NCBI GenBank assembly: GCA_009103225.1
Contig: RHPI01002368.1
Span: 1,025,226 to 1,089,225, forward strand
Direction: 5' to 3'
Length of the DNA stretch: 64,000 nt
DNA from: Chlorokybus atmophyticus
Lineage: Eukaryota > Plantae > Mesostigma and Chlorokybus algae
Shown: positions 11,620 through 25,230 of the stretch, one piece after another
How the letters are laid out: the number at the start of each line of letters is the position of its first letter
Numbering within the stretch: the first letter of the stretch is position 1
Program-made: the position numbers and the translations under genes
Notes under the pieces: generated by a model
What the model was told of the DNA's origin: nothing
Seen by the model: only the letters and a program-made list of their open reading frames with translations
The model's database searches: none

Positions 11620-13450
11620 GTGCTTGCTCAAGTGCGCGTGTTGCTGCTGCGCAGCGTTATGCATAACGCTGCGCAGCAGCATATGCAGCACGGCGCTGCG
11701 CCTGCCGTGCTCAACTGTTGGTCGCCGCTGGAGCCGCCGCCCCCTGGCACGGAGCGTTTTCTGCTGCCTCCGGAGGACGGGGTTGAGCACCAGCTGGTGG
11801 GCGGCAGCTGCCGCTCTATCCAGCTGAGTGCTTGGCATCAGCAGGTGGCCCTGGGCATCGTTATCGACGAGCTGTTGGCAACCGACCTCGCCAAGCAAAT
11901 CGACGTCCGCTACGCCGACGACCGCCCCATGCACGACCGTGTGGTCCTTGGCATCAGTCCCATGTACGGCAGCCAGGAGCTGCGCCTGGTGGTCGAGGTT
12001 GGCATCAGCGACGTCAGCCTCCCTCAGCCGCATCGCTGCTTGCTGCAGGTGCGTGGGGCTGGCGGTGGCTGGCGCGACCTAATCACCGTACCACTGCCGC
12101 CCTTGCTGCGTGACCCAGCTATTGTGCCGCGGGCGCGCAGCTTGCGCTCTGTGTTTGGCAGGGACCGCACCACCCTGCGCACTACCTTTCCAGCGCCACA
12201 TGGCAGATGGCCCGGCTACTCCCCTGCTCAGCCAGGCCCGCCATTGGCGCCGCCCGCCCAGCCCGCACCGGCGCAGGAGCCGCTCGCCGCCGAGGCGGCA
12301 CAGCAACAGCCCGCGGCGCAGCCCGCGCCGCAGCCCCTGCCACCACCTGCGCCGCCCGGTCAGGTCTCGCCGCAGCAGCTTGCCAATGTCGTCATGGACG
12401 CCGGCCTGGGAGCGGGTGCACAATAACAGGAGCTGCAGCCGGAGCAGAAGCAAGAGCCCGGCCAGGAGGCGCGCGCCGGTGAAGAGCCGGCCCCAATCCT
12501 CCGACCGCTCTCCCCCACCGCTGGATGTCATGTGTCGCGCGCCTCGCCTAGCCCCTCCGGCGGCGCCGCCTCCTCCGTGCCCAATTCCTCCGCCTCCAAG
12601 GCGCAGCAGCGCCTCCGGCTCTCATGGCTCCCGCATAGCCACCCTGCGTGCCGCCAGAAGCGCAGCTCGCCGTCGTTGCAAGTGGGAGTTTGCCTCTGCA
12701 GCTGGGGCGTTCCAAGCCCTCTCTGATGCCATGGACAGCTACCTGGCTCTCTATTCCAGTAAAGACGACGCAGACTCCGAACAGCGGTGAAGCTACTCAA
12801 CCCCCCGACCTCCGCGCTCTCATCCACAAAGTTGTTTACGTGCCAGGATTGAGCGGAGAGTGCTTAGTGGCATGCATTAATAGTGTGGAGGATCCTGCCC
12901 AAAGAACCCTCAATGTCACAATCCAGCCCTCGCAACACAGAGCACAGGTGTTGCAGCGTGTGTCTCCCCATAGATGCACTCACGCACACGCCACCACCAC
13001 CTCCCCCATCAGAAGAAGAAGATGTCTTTGCCAACACCAACGGCATGATCCTCGCACCAGATGGTATGCACGTCATACAGTTCACGCGCACTTCCCGTTA
13101 TGTGCGCGTGCGCCAGAATATCATCAACCGCATCACCAACGACACCTCCATGCGGGGCCTTTTCAGCATGTGGCGCCGTTCGGAGCTTGTGACAGACTCA
13201 AGGTACCCTCTGATGGCAGCTTACGTACATGTGCTGCTGGAGGCTAGCCTATTTCGAGAATTCGGAGAAGATAATGCCGCCACCTTCAGTGAAGACCATG
13301 CCCGCTTGCTGGAGGCGGCCAAAACCAAGCTGTCCGCAGCTTACACCGAGGCTCGCCTGATAGACGAGGTCGTGGGGCTGTATAGTGATGTGCAGCTTAC
13401 ACCGAGGCTCGCCTGATAGACGAGGTCTTGGGACTGTACAGTGATGTGAG
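11620..13450 (+). pseudogene. Long GC-rich, Pro/Ala/Gln-rich ORF of unknown function, interrupted
   Basis: ORF 11512-12426 continues in frame past a TAA at 12424 (AQ*QELQPEQKQEPGQE). A further protein-like segment at 12883-13416 reads FANTNGMILAPDGMHVIQFTRTSRYVRVRQ...YPLMAAYVHVLLEASLFREFG. No family recognised. Confidence 0.5.
13336..13447. repeat. 56-bp tandem duplication
   Basis: gcagcttacaccgaggctcgcctgatagacgaggtc...gtgatgt at 13336-13391 and 13392-13447. A second tandem pair of ~52-bp units follows at ~13509-13612. Confidence 0.95.
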
Positions 13451-16400
13451 ACGTACGGCAGCTCAGCATCGGAGCCAATTCCAACACGTGGCTAGGTACT
13501 CATGTTGCTTAAGGGCGGCTCTGAGCATAGTGGCCAGCTTGCCGTGCCCTTGTGTGTTGTGCTTAAGGGCGGCTCTGTGCATAGTGGCCAGGTCGCCGTG
13601 CCCTTGTGTGTGTGCTGCACATGTTCGCACTTTCACGCGCTGTGCGTGCTGGCCGGCAGCCGCCACCTTGTTTGCTTCATGCTTATGCTGGCCTCGCTGG
13701 CTTGCCACCCGCTCAGGATTGTTATTGGCAAAGAAGCTGGGCAGCGCGATCACGAGCGCGACGCCAATGCCCCCAACCAGTCAGACAAAGACCGACGCCA
13801 TGATCACCACCAGCACAACGTAGTTGGTGGTCGGCTGCACGAGAAACGCCCATGGCGAAACAACCCTGCAAAGCCTCAAGACGACAACGTGTGAGTAGTT
13901 AAGCAGTGTCTGCAGTTGCAGCTAGTTAATGCCAGCTTATGCAGCTGCGCATGTGCGTGCATGAACCTGGTACTCCCCTCATTTATACATGTATTTTTCG
14001 CCCCATCTTCTCTGCCTCAACGCAATGCTGCTCTGTGCATTGCACCCGGTTTGCGCTGCTTTATTGACTGCGTGGTAGCGCCTGCGCCTGCATACACAGC
14101 TGCATGGGCTAGCCTGCGTGCTACTGCCTCTCGCCTGAGGCCCCGCACCGCAGGCGTCGCTGGCCTGCAACCACAGCTCAGGTCCCCTCCCTGCCTTGGC
14201 ACCTGAGCGCAAGCCGCACCATAGCCGCGTCACCATCCTTGCCAGCGCAGCGTCACTCGCCTGACAAGTCGCTGTCATGCTTGGTGCCCACACATACCAG
14301 CCTTCATCGGGCATGTCTACATTGAAACCAGCGCCCGGCCTACCGACATACTAACGCGCGCGCGTCCCTGACCAGTAGCTAGGTCATGACTTTAGGGTAG
14401 CCCACGACCATAGCCCATAGGCACCGCGTGTAGCTGTTCAGTTGTGAGTTCAGTCATAAGTTGTGTTCTATATCGAGTGACAATCGCTGTGAAAATAGCC
14501 TCGATATGACCATTAGCTTATGTTCTGAACAGTCATGATTTGACTTGTATAAGTAGTCACAGTGTTCACCGGATCAGCTGGTGACACTGTGAGTGAGAAA
14601 GCTAAGAGCTTGTGAAACGACTTGAACTACGAACACGCCATCCCGGTTACCAAGAACCCCCTCACTGTGTGAGAGCCTGTGCATGCTCGTGTGTGCATCG
14701 TGCTTGTTATCGCTGTGAGCCTGGTGTGCCTGGTTGCAGTGTGCTTGTGGGCATCAGTCAGGGCATAGTATCCACGTGTTGCTTGCTCATTCACCTCACT
14801 TAACAGTACTGTTAAGCACTAGTGTAACACATTTTCACTTAAGCATTTTCACTTAAGCATTTTCACTTAAGCACTAGTGTAACACATTTTCCGCTCATGC
14901 AAAGAACTGTGTAAATAGCACTACCTATAGTAGTGGCTTGTTGACTCACAGAGTCACCCTCTTTGCTCATGTGAGTGTGTAGCATTCTGCATCAGATAAG
15001 TGCAGTCTGTATCTGGGGACACATCCCTGGGCATTCGTTATCACTGTCATTACATAGTGCGCACATAAGCACTAGTGTGGTGAGTGATAGCGGCATCGAG
15101 ACAGGCGGTAGAGCACAAACACTCTACCCTGCATACACTTTCACCTCTGGACTAGATGTATGAGCAGGCCCACCCCGTTCTCTCCGATAGACAAGGGTGA
15201 CCGCAGCAGCTGGAGCCCAACCTCCAACCTCACCTACGAGCGGACCAGCGACGGGAGCAACGATCGTAGCAGCAGAGGCTCACGTGCTGTCTCCGACTTC
15301 ACTCCGTTCCGGTCGACTTCACGACATCGAATTTCCCCACTCTCGTCCGACAGTGACGACTACGAGATGGAGTCTTTCAGCTCAACCATGTCCCTACGCT
15401 TCTACGGACGTGCTGGCACTACCTCTCTGGACGAATTCATCATCAAGTCTTACTCCAAGCTGCAACAGCAGGCTTTAAAGAACAAAGACTGGTCAGATGA
15501 GATCTCTTTTCACATTGCTGCTCAGTATCTGAACCATGAAGCACATGATGTCTGAAAGTCTGTAGCTGAACTGCATCGAATTGATGGTTATGGCGAGCTT
15601 GCCAACACCATAGCGCCTGCATCACTGCACAGTCCATCAGCCGTCTTTCCACCTGCCACTCCCGCTACGGTTACCGGGTTGTTCATAGCGGCAGCCATCA
15701 ACAGAGCAGAGGAGGAGGAACCTGAGTTGGTGATTGTCAACCTGACCCCCGCAGAGATTGAGATCAAGACGGCCGCGCAACGGGCCTGGATTTTGGGTCG
15801 TTCTGCTGCCATCCTTGAGGAACAACGAACTGCAGCCGCTGAGGTGGGCACGCCCCTACCTATGGCAACACCTGGCTCTCGTGCGGGAGGCAGTGCTTTC
15901 ACCCTTGGGTCAGTTGCACTGCGCGCACCAGCCATCACTGTAGGTGCTGCCATCTCTGACTCTCCACTCAAGGATCTATACGCTGCACTTCGGCGCACCT
16001 TCCCACCGCAGACCACTAGTAGTGGAGGAGTTGAGGCGGTTCCGGCGCAAGCCCAATGAGGACCCCCTACGCCTGTACTCCAGGCTGTAAGGGCTGTTGA
16101 AGGACACTGACTACAAGATCGTCAACGATGAGGCGGCCGCAGTGGAATATGTCAATGAGTTTGATGCCACCCTGAGCGAGTCGACGCGCCTGACCCTGAA
16201 CTACAGCAGGCCCCTTGGCAACACGCTCAAGGAAGCTTTCGAGACTGCACAAGCCATCCCTAAGCGCTTGGTGTATGAGAAGGCAGTGCTGAACACCAAC
16301 TGCAGCGCCTCACGGCCTGTAGCCAGCACGACTGTCGAGCCTCCGCGACGCGAACATGGCCGCAACGCTCCACCAGCACGTGACAAAGGGAAACAGTCAG

Positions 16401-16570
16401 CGCATACTGCTCTGTCTGCCCTTGTGCTGTGTCATCGCTGTGGACGGCATGGGCACTACCAAAAGGAGTGCACCAAAGAGTACTCAACTCAGGCCTGCGA
16501 CTACTGTCACAAGACAGGCCACTTGGAGTCCATCTGCTGGCTCAAGTTCCCCGAGTTGAGACCCGTCAAC

Positions 16571-19500
16571 TGTTGAAGGACTAGCATGCACATGTAGTTG
16601 AGGCAAGCATAGACACACAGAGACAGAGCTACCGCCACCAGAGCATACATAAGTCACATCACATTCATCTATTACAAGTTGTCCGCTGGTTCTTATACCA
16701 GCCAGTTACACACACGTCTACCTTTGCAAGCACTGCGTAAGCTATACTCAGCCTTTTGACGCGCTCTAAGCTGTGTTGTCTTCCTTACAACCAGAGCTTT
16801 CCAACAAGCTCTTACACGTCTAATATGAGTAAGTATACGCGGAGATACAAAGCAGTTAGTAAGGCTCCAGTCTGGAGTCCGGAGTCTGGTCCGACGATGC
16901 CATCATTGCTAAGTCTGGACCTAGTGCTCGTCCTTACGACCTTCTACTCCTGTGTGGAGGGTCGATGCTGATCGCATGTAGAAATACTCTCAACACTCCC
17001 ACGCAAGCAGCTTGACCTCTAACGCTTGCTTTTATTGTTAAACACAAATGCTAAGTCCTGCACAACAAGTCTTGAACTTGAGTGGTGACAATGGCTTTGT
17101 CATGAAGTCCGCCAGCATGCGTTCGGTGTTGCAGTACTGAAACTCCACCTCCTTCCTTGTGACTCTGTCACGCACAAAGTGATGCATGACACAAATGTGC
17201 TTCGTCCTTGCCGAGGCGATAGGGTGCTTCAACAACTTGATGGCTCCTTGGTTGTCACAGTTGATGACGATGCACGCCATGGGGTGCTCCAAGTCTGCCA
17301 TGAGCTTGCGAAGCCAGGTTGCCTCCTTCACTGCTGCTGCCGCTGCCATGTACTCAGCCTCTGATGTAGATGCTGCTGTTGTTGGCTGCAGCCTGCTATT
17401 TCAGCTCACCACGCCTCCGTTTAGCTTGACGACGTACCCTGTAGTGGATCTCCTGCTGTTGAGGTCACCAGCAAAGTGTGAGTCGCAGTAGCCCTCCAAC
17501 TCAATGCTCCCGCTCCCAAACTCGATGCCAACTGTTGCGCTCCCAGCAACATAGCGTAGTACTCCCTTTGCTGCTCTCCAGTGCTCCATGCTCGGTGCTG
17601 ACATGTAGCGAGCAAGTACTCCCACAGCATGTGCAACATCGGGACGTGTGCACACTGCCAGATAGAGCATGCTGCCTACCAGCTCACCATATGGATACTG
17701 AGCCTTGTCGAGTACCTCCTCATCCTTTGCCTTGATGAGGGCAGTGCCAAGTGCCAACGGTGTGGTCTTGGTCTTCGCTTCAGTGAGCCCAAACTTGGCG
17801 ACGAGTCTTCTCACCATCTGCTCCTGACTGATCTTGATTGTGCGAGCCGCCCTGTCGCGCTCAATCACCATGCCAAGGAACCACTTGGCCTCTCCAAGAT
17901 CACGGACTGAGAATGCTTGCCGTAGAGCAAGTTTTGTCTCCTGCAGGTGGTGCACCTGCCTGGCGGTGATGATGATATCATCAACATACACGAGCAGCCA
18001 GATCTTGTTGTCTGCATGGATGAAGAGTCCAGGGTCTGCAGAGGATGCGGTGAAGCCAAGTGCCTCAAGCTCGTTGGTGAGCCTGATGTGTCACATATGC
18101 GGTGCATGTCGCAGCCCGTACAGTGCCTTGATCAGCTTGCACGCTGTGCCTCTCTCCCCTTCTTCATATCCAGGTGGTTGCTCGATGAAGATCTCCTCCT
18201 CCAGCTCTCCGTAGAGGACGGCAGTCTTCACATCCAGGTGATGCAGCTCTAGGTCTTCAGCAGCAACCATAGCTAGCAGTGCACGGAACATGGTATGCTT
18301 ACTTACAGGTGCAAACACTTCGTTGAAGTCCACACCTTCCTGCTGTAAGAAGCCCTTTGCCACCAGTCTTGCCTTGTAGCGCTCAATGTTGCCCTGACCA
18401 TCACGCTTCACCTTGAAGACCCATTTCACTGGAATGGTCTTCACTCCTTGCGGTAACTGCTCCAGTGACCAATTGTTGATGGCATGGAGTGACGCAATCT
18501 CCTCGTCCATAGCACGCTGCCATTGCTCCACATCTGGTGCTAACAATGCCTCCTCGTAAGTGCTTGGCTCCTCATTGTGCACACTGGCGACGTGTGCCTT
18601 GTGTAAGAAGTCAGGTGCCTTTCTCTCCCTCATTGGGTATCTCCGAGCTGCGTGCTCCTGCTGCAGGTGCGACTGCTTGTCTGCTATAGTAAAGTCCTGC
18701 TCACCCTTATCGTCGATGATGGCCTTGCCTGCAACTCCCCCTTGCGTAGGAAGTTCCTCTGGCTGTGCTTCATCTTCATCTCGAGGAAAGAAGCCTGCTT
18801 CTGGTTATGATAATCCCTCATGAAAAACCACCTCTCTGCTCACGATGATCTTCTGAGTGTCCTCGAGCAAGATCCTGTAAGCCTTGGAACCCGGTTCATA
18901 GCCAACGAAGATGCCCTTCTTGCTGACCGGCTCCAGCTTGTGCCTGAGCTGTTTAGGCACTAGTGCATATGCCGTGCATCCAAACACACGCATACCACTC
19001 ACATCGGGTGTGGCTCTATAGAAGTGCCCCCACGGAGTCTTTTGCTCTGAGCTCACCGGAGACCTGTTGCGGGATGTAGTTGGCAGTGAGTACCGCCTCC
19101 TTCCACAGACTGTCTTCCATATTTGTGTCGTTGAGCATGGCTCGAACACGCTCCAAGAGTGTCCTGTTGAGGCGTTCAGCTGCTCCATTCTGCTGCGGGG
19201 TGTAGGGTGCCGTTGTCTCGTGGCGTATGCCCTTGCTGGCGAAGACTCCTTCAACTCCTTGTTGATGTACTCCCCTCCTCCGTCACTCCTCATTGCCTTC
19301 ATCTTGTTGCTAGACTGCGTCTCCAACAAGGCCACAACTGTGCGCACAGCTCCAGCAACTTCTGACTTGAGCGTCAATGGAAAGATGATGGATAGCTTGC
19401 TGTAGTCGTCAAGGAATGTAGCAAAGTACCTGGCCCCTCCCTTCGCCACAATGCGCATAGGGCCACAGACATATATGTGCACAAGCTCGCAAGGATGCTG

Positions 19501-21481
19501 ACTGCTAGAAGAGGATGATGGAAATGGCATAGCATGCTGCTTTGCAACCAGGCATGGTTCACAAAGTGCACCTGATGCATTCTTGAGTTCTTCTGTGCTG
19601 AGATGGATGCCCTTGTCCATATTCTCAACGACAAGGCGAGTGAGGTTGATGTAGCTGAGATGCCCGAACCTTCGATGCCACAATGTTGGCGACTCCTTGT
19701 CCTTCACCACCATGGCTTGAATGTCAATGTCCTTAGGGTGCTGCTCCACGTGGTAGAGCCCTCCCGGATCAGCGATTTCAACCATGTGCACCACCCCATG
19801 AAGGATGACTGTGCAGCCACCCTTCCAAAATAGGATCTCCGCGCCTAAGCGCTCCGCAACCCTCACGGAGAATAGACTCGCAATAGCCTTAGGAACATGC
19901 ATGACGTCGCGTAACAACACCTCGCGTAGTGTGTTACCAACCTTGCACTGAAGTCGTATGTTGCCAACTCCCTCAGCCACCAGTACTTCGCCACCAAAGC
20001 CCGCCACCTTGATTGTGGACGTCAGCTTCTTGTAGCCCTCCATCACCTCCTTGTTTGGTGTGAGATGACGATTGCAGCCAGAGTCCACCGTACAGAAAGC
20101 TGTGCCCGCCCTCGAACTGGATGCAGTGAAGGCGACTTGTTTCTCCTTGTGTTGGTGCTCGTTGCCGCTGTTGCTGGTGCTTGCTCTAGGTTGCCCCTGC
20201 TGTTTCTTCCTACAGTCCATCACAATGTGCCCCTTCGAACCACACCAGTGGCATGTGAGGTCTTTGTGACGAGGATTGCCCGGCTTGTTGCCCTTGTTCT
20301 TCTCTTCACGGTTGCTCTTCTTCCCGTGCTTGTTGGTGTAGACGGCCACGGCATCAGCTTGCTCGTCCTTCTTCATCACCCTCTGCTCCACGGTGAGCAG
20401 CTTCGGTAGTACATCGTCCAGCGTCATCTCCGATGACGATGTCTCTAGCAGTGTTGCAACGACCTCGTACTCTGCTGGTAGCCCTGCAACAATGGCCAGC
20501 ACTACCTCCGTCTCCCCCATATTATGGCCGACGTTGATGAGGTCCGCCCACAGCTCTCTCGCGCGCGCAACATACTTCGTGATGGGTTCTGCTGCCTCTT
20601 TCCTGAGTGCGCTCAGCTGCTTGCGTAGCTGCAATTTTCTGGCGTTGTTCTTGGCTCTGAAAACGGCTGATAGCTTGTCCCAAGCTTGTCTACTATCTTC
20701 ACATGCAGTGAGCATGGAAAAGTGATGCGGTTTGCAATTCAACACAAGCAAAGAGTGTGCTTTTGCTGAATGCTCTAACCACACAGTGTTTGCTCCTGGT
20801 ATTGGTGGTGGTGCCTTCGGGTCAACATACTTCCACACCTTCTTATGGATGAGCAAGGCCTTCATCTCCACGCACCATGTGTTGTAGTTGACGGTGTCCA
20901 GCTTTGCAATCTGCCCCTTGTCGTAGGTCGCCTCCATCTTTGTCGTGCCTGCCTTCACTTGCAGTTGACACCCAAGGCTCTGCTACCAACAAGCTACCGT
21001 AGTGTAAAACTACTATGCACACAAGCTAGTCTCACACTTCTCAAGCGTAGTGTGGGCCCATAACCTATTGAAGGACTAGCATGCACATGTAGCTGAGGCA
21101 AGCATGGATACACACGGACAGAGCTACCGCCACCATAGCATACACAAGTCACATCACATTCATCTATTACAAGTTGTCCGCTGGTTCTTATACCAGCCAG
21201 TTACACACACGTCTACGTTTGCAAGCACTGCGTAAGCTATACTTAGCCTTTTGACGCGCTCTAAGCTGTGTTGTCTTCCTTCCAACGTCAGTCAATCGTG
21301 AACTTGATGCCGTCCATGCTTGTGANCGGAGATACGAAGCAGTTAGTAAGGCTCCAGTCTGGAGTCCGGAGTCTGGTCCGACGATGCCATCTTGCTAAGT
21401 CCGGACCTAGTGCTCGTTCTTACGACCTTCTACTCCTGTGTGGAGGGTCGATGCTGGTCGTATGTAGGAATACTCTCAACA
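16571..21481 (-). mobile_element. Ty1/Copia element A1, full length, frameshifted
   Basis: LTRs 16571-16995 and 21066-21481 (TG...CA, the latter starting TA), PBS GGTTATGGGCCC (21054-21065 rc), TSD TCAAC (16566-16570 and 21482-21486). Gag-IN-RT-RH is split over ORFs 18805-20958, 18091-18633, 17401-17991 and 17038-17349. Confidence 0.96.
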
Positions 21482-24253
21482 TCAACAACTACAACAGCAA
21501 CAACACTGGAGGCCACAACGGCAACAACGCTGGTGGCTACAACAACAATCACACTGGAGGCTATAACCACACCAACAACTATGGCAACGCTCGCAAGGAA
21601 GAGCAAGCCTATAGGGGGGGGGGGGGGGGGGGGGNTCCTCAGCGCAAGGGATTGGAAGGACGTCCGCGCGCTGCTGCTGTTGCCGCCAAGGCTCAAGCCA
21701 AACCGCCAGCTGATGATCATATGGCTGCCCTCATGGCACGTATGGCATGCTTGGAGGAAGACAAGGAGCAGGACGACCACGCCTGTTACTCTGCCCGGTG
21801 GGCACTAATGGCTCCAAAGCGCACGAGAGACACCAGCACTCCGTCGCGTATTCAACCATCCCGGCGAGTTCGAGGGGAAGCCGCAACATCGTCAGTAGCT
21901 ACCTCCTCTGAAGCCACCAGTGGCACTACACCAGCCGCAACGGTCACACCGGCTACGACGTCAACTCCGGCAGTGCTACCAGCAACCTGCTCAATCTTAC
22001 CAGAGACTGGTCTACCAGTGAGCACCGTCGCTCCCACACTGGTGAGCACGCAGACAACAGCCACTGTCATTCCCGACTCTGCAGCAGTAGATCACACCGG
22101 TCCCACTCCAACAACACCCCCTATGCCAGCAGGCGTTGAGACCACTCTCGCGCCGCTGAGCGGCACTTTCGCCACCACCGACAGTGCCATCCTCGAGCCT
22201 GCTGCCGCTGCAGCAACACGCTCAACTACATTGCCCTTGACGTCACTCAGGCTGTCCCTCGAGGTCAGCAAGCTGAGCGTGCCTGGGAGACCATCATGCG
22301 TGGGGCAGATCCCACTACCATTGCTTTTGGGCAAGGAGGGGAGCGCACAACACGCATTGAACGCAGTGATCGCATCTTCCCACTGCCTGAAGATCACGCT
22401 GCTAGAACAGACTCAGCGACAACTGGAGGATGAAGTTCTTGTCGGCACGGCACATCCCATGCGAGACCGTGTCTTCGTTGTCAGAACGCCTGTTGTACTA
22501 GAGCTGGCACGGCAGTTGTTCTGGACTCTGCATAACGATATGCAGACGGCGCTACGCCAACCCGCACCAGTCCGTCATGAACCCTTTGAGCCCAGCCCAC
22601 TGGACACGTATAGGGACCAACAACCCAACGTACAGCTGCACATCGCTGATACAGCCGACATGCCTCTGGGTGACAACGAAGCACTGAGGCCCCTCAATAC
22701 CGTCGGACATCATCAGCGCTACACCGCGCTGGAACAGGCATACACCTGGCGACAGGATCAAGCGACGGCCATCAACGCAAGAGCGCACGCCCTTGCCTAT
22801 GCTCGCGCTAGCGTTCTCAGCCAACAGTCGGTGGCCCATCATCCGGTACAACACCTCTCGTCGGTGGGCCCGACGGTGACCAGACGAGGGCGCTGGCCCA
22901 ACAAACCAGGGGGGTGATTGCCCCGCTGCTACCCGCCTTGTTGGAAGACTTGCCTGAAGATTGACGGGATCCAGGGAGAGGCTACCTCACACCGCAAGGG
23001 TGGACACAACGAGATGGAGCAGGTTTAATTGGGAAACAGCAACTACGTACTGCCCTGTTGCAACAAGCAACCATGCTGCACCGATAAGAAGGCATCGGCC
23101 TGAGGCGGATGCTGGGGATGCGAGAAGGTGGTAGCGAAGCTCGAACAAGACTGGTAACTTGGCAAGTCACTAATCACCCCGCAGTCCCCCTGCTCGCCTT
23201 CAGCACCAGAGTGTTTTTAGTGGACGCCTTCTTGCGGTCACTACGGCAAGCCTATGACGAGGTTGCCTCGATATCCACCGACACCTTAAAAGGAGTACAA
23301 GATGCCATACACAGGTTGCCAGGGGTGGAAGCAGCGCGGCAACGCAGATGCATCTCAGCTGCCCACGAGCAGCATGTCCAACAGCCAGAGATTTACCTCA
23401 CTGTGCGGGCGCGAGCAACAACGGTGTTGGAGGTGGGAGTGGTCAATGTCAGATGGGATTCCTACATGGCAGGGATCCTAAGGGTTCCCACTATAACCCA
23501 CAACATAAGAGTGAGGCTCCTCCGCGCAGTGTACCTCCAGCCCATGCCTCAGAATCACCGTTGGAGTGATGTGATCAACAACCCAACAGCCATATGGGAA
23601 GGTACATTGGTCAGGGAGGCAGCTCATGCAGTACGCTGAACTTATGTGGAAGAACAGATCGCACGGGAGGCGGGCCCACAAACACCCGGTCCTCCAGGGT
23701 TTCCCCAACAGCCACTGGCCACGCTGCCAGGAATGACCCCGGCCATACAGAGACGCAATCCCCCGTCACCGCAATCAGGGCAGCTTCAAGCAGCACCGCC
23801 AGCACCCAGGCCACAGCGTGTTTATCAACAGCCAAGATAAGGACGGTTCGGTCCAGGCCGCGGTCAAGGAGGTGCTCCAGACCCAGCTGGGCGAGGGGCG
23901 CTTGCCGCACTGCGCTCGACACCATCGAAGACGATTGCAGCAGCAGACACCCCACGCACACGCTACCAACGATTCAAGCGGCTGCGCATCCACGCCAATG
24001 CGGCCATGATCGCCAACCAAGGCAAGCATGTCACGATTAGCAAGCACCCAAGCGGGTGATGCTGGAATCTGGAGCCCAGCCTGTCATCATCGGACGTTAC
24101 CTCGCACGTGACCTTGGCATCACCAGCGCTGAGCCGATGCCGTGCCCATACGTGCTCGACACTGCAACCGGCAGCCGTGACAAGGTGCTCGGTATCACCA
24201 AGCAAGCCCTTAGCAATTGCTCGGCAGGAGTGGACCCGTCCCAAAGCACCGAG

Positions 24254-24411
24254 TGTTGAGAGTCATTCCTACGTACGATCAGCATCGACCCTCCACACAG
24301 GAGTAGAAGGTCGTAAGGATGAGCACTAGGTCCGGACTTAGCAAGATGGCGTCGTTGGACCAGACTCCGGACTCCAGACAGGAGCCTTACTAACTGCTTC
24401 GTATTCCCGCG

Positions 24412-24456
<45 letters not shown>

Positions 24457-24718
24457 TTACTCATATTAGGCGTGTGAGAGCTTGTTGGAAAGCTCTGATT
24501 GTAAGAAAGACAGCGCAGCTTAGAGCGCGTAAAAAGGCTGTGTATAGCTTACGCAGTGCTTGCAAACGTAGACGTGTGTGTAACTGGCTAGTATAAGCAC
24601 CAGCGGACAACTTGTAATAAATGAATGTGATGTGACTTGTGTATGCTCTGGTGGCGGTAGCTCTGCCTCTGTGTGTCTATGCTTGCCTCAGCTACATGTG
24701 CATGCTAGTCCTTCAACA
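24254..24718 (+). mobile_element. Copia family A solo LTR with (TA)n expansion
   Basis: Reverse complement of the A LTR, TGTTGAGAG...CTTCAACA, TSD CCGAG (24249-24253 and 24719-24723). It splits the family D protease. (TA)n at ~24412-24455. Confidence 0.96.
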
Positions 24719-25230
24719 CCGAGGTCATACAAAAGTGTGTGGTCACCGACTCAGGATCCTTCTACCTGCTGTTGGGACAAGACTTCAACTTCCCTGTTGG
24801 CATGGGGCTGGACTGCTGGACAGAGAAGGCCTGGTTTCGTCCTCATTGGGATGAGGAGGACGGAGAGGTTCAAGGATATCTGCCTCTCGAGTTGGTGGCT
24901 CGCACTCGCTCCCACCAAAGGTAATCTGCAACAGCCACCTACAGGTCGTTATCGGCAACCACTGACAAGTCAGCTGCGACAGCCACCCACAAGTCGGGCT
25001 CGACAACCACTGACAGATCATCTGCGGTGGTCACCCACAACGCGGACCAAGACTCTCCTATCCCATACGAAGAGTCTCAGGAGGATGCCACTGAGGAAGT
25101 GGCCCACCAGCAACCAGCGAAACGCCGCTGGCGCGCACAGGTGGTCGCCCATCTGCTACTGACCAAACCGCGGCTCACTTCACGATTCCCTCTCTACAAG
25201 GACTAAGCTGCTGTCCAGGATCAACACCAG

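Noticed and set aside
16080-16100. Programmed readthrough at the gag TAA shared by family D copies 1 and 2
   Set aside because: The shared stop lies inside the near-identical tract, so common descent from one defective donor is sufficient.
21614-21635. Poly-G run (G-quadruplex or poly-Gly) in family D gag
   Set aside because: It abuts an N and replaces the GGGGAAGAATCGCCC seen in copy 2; likely a sequencing or assembly artefact.
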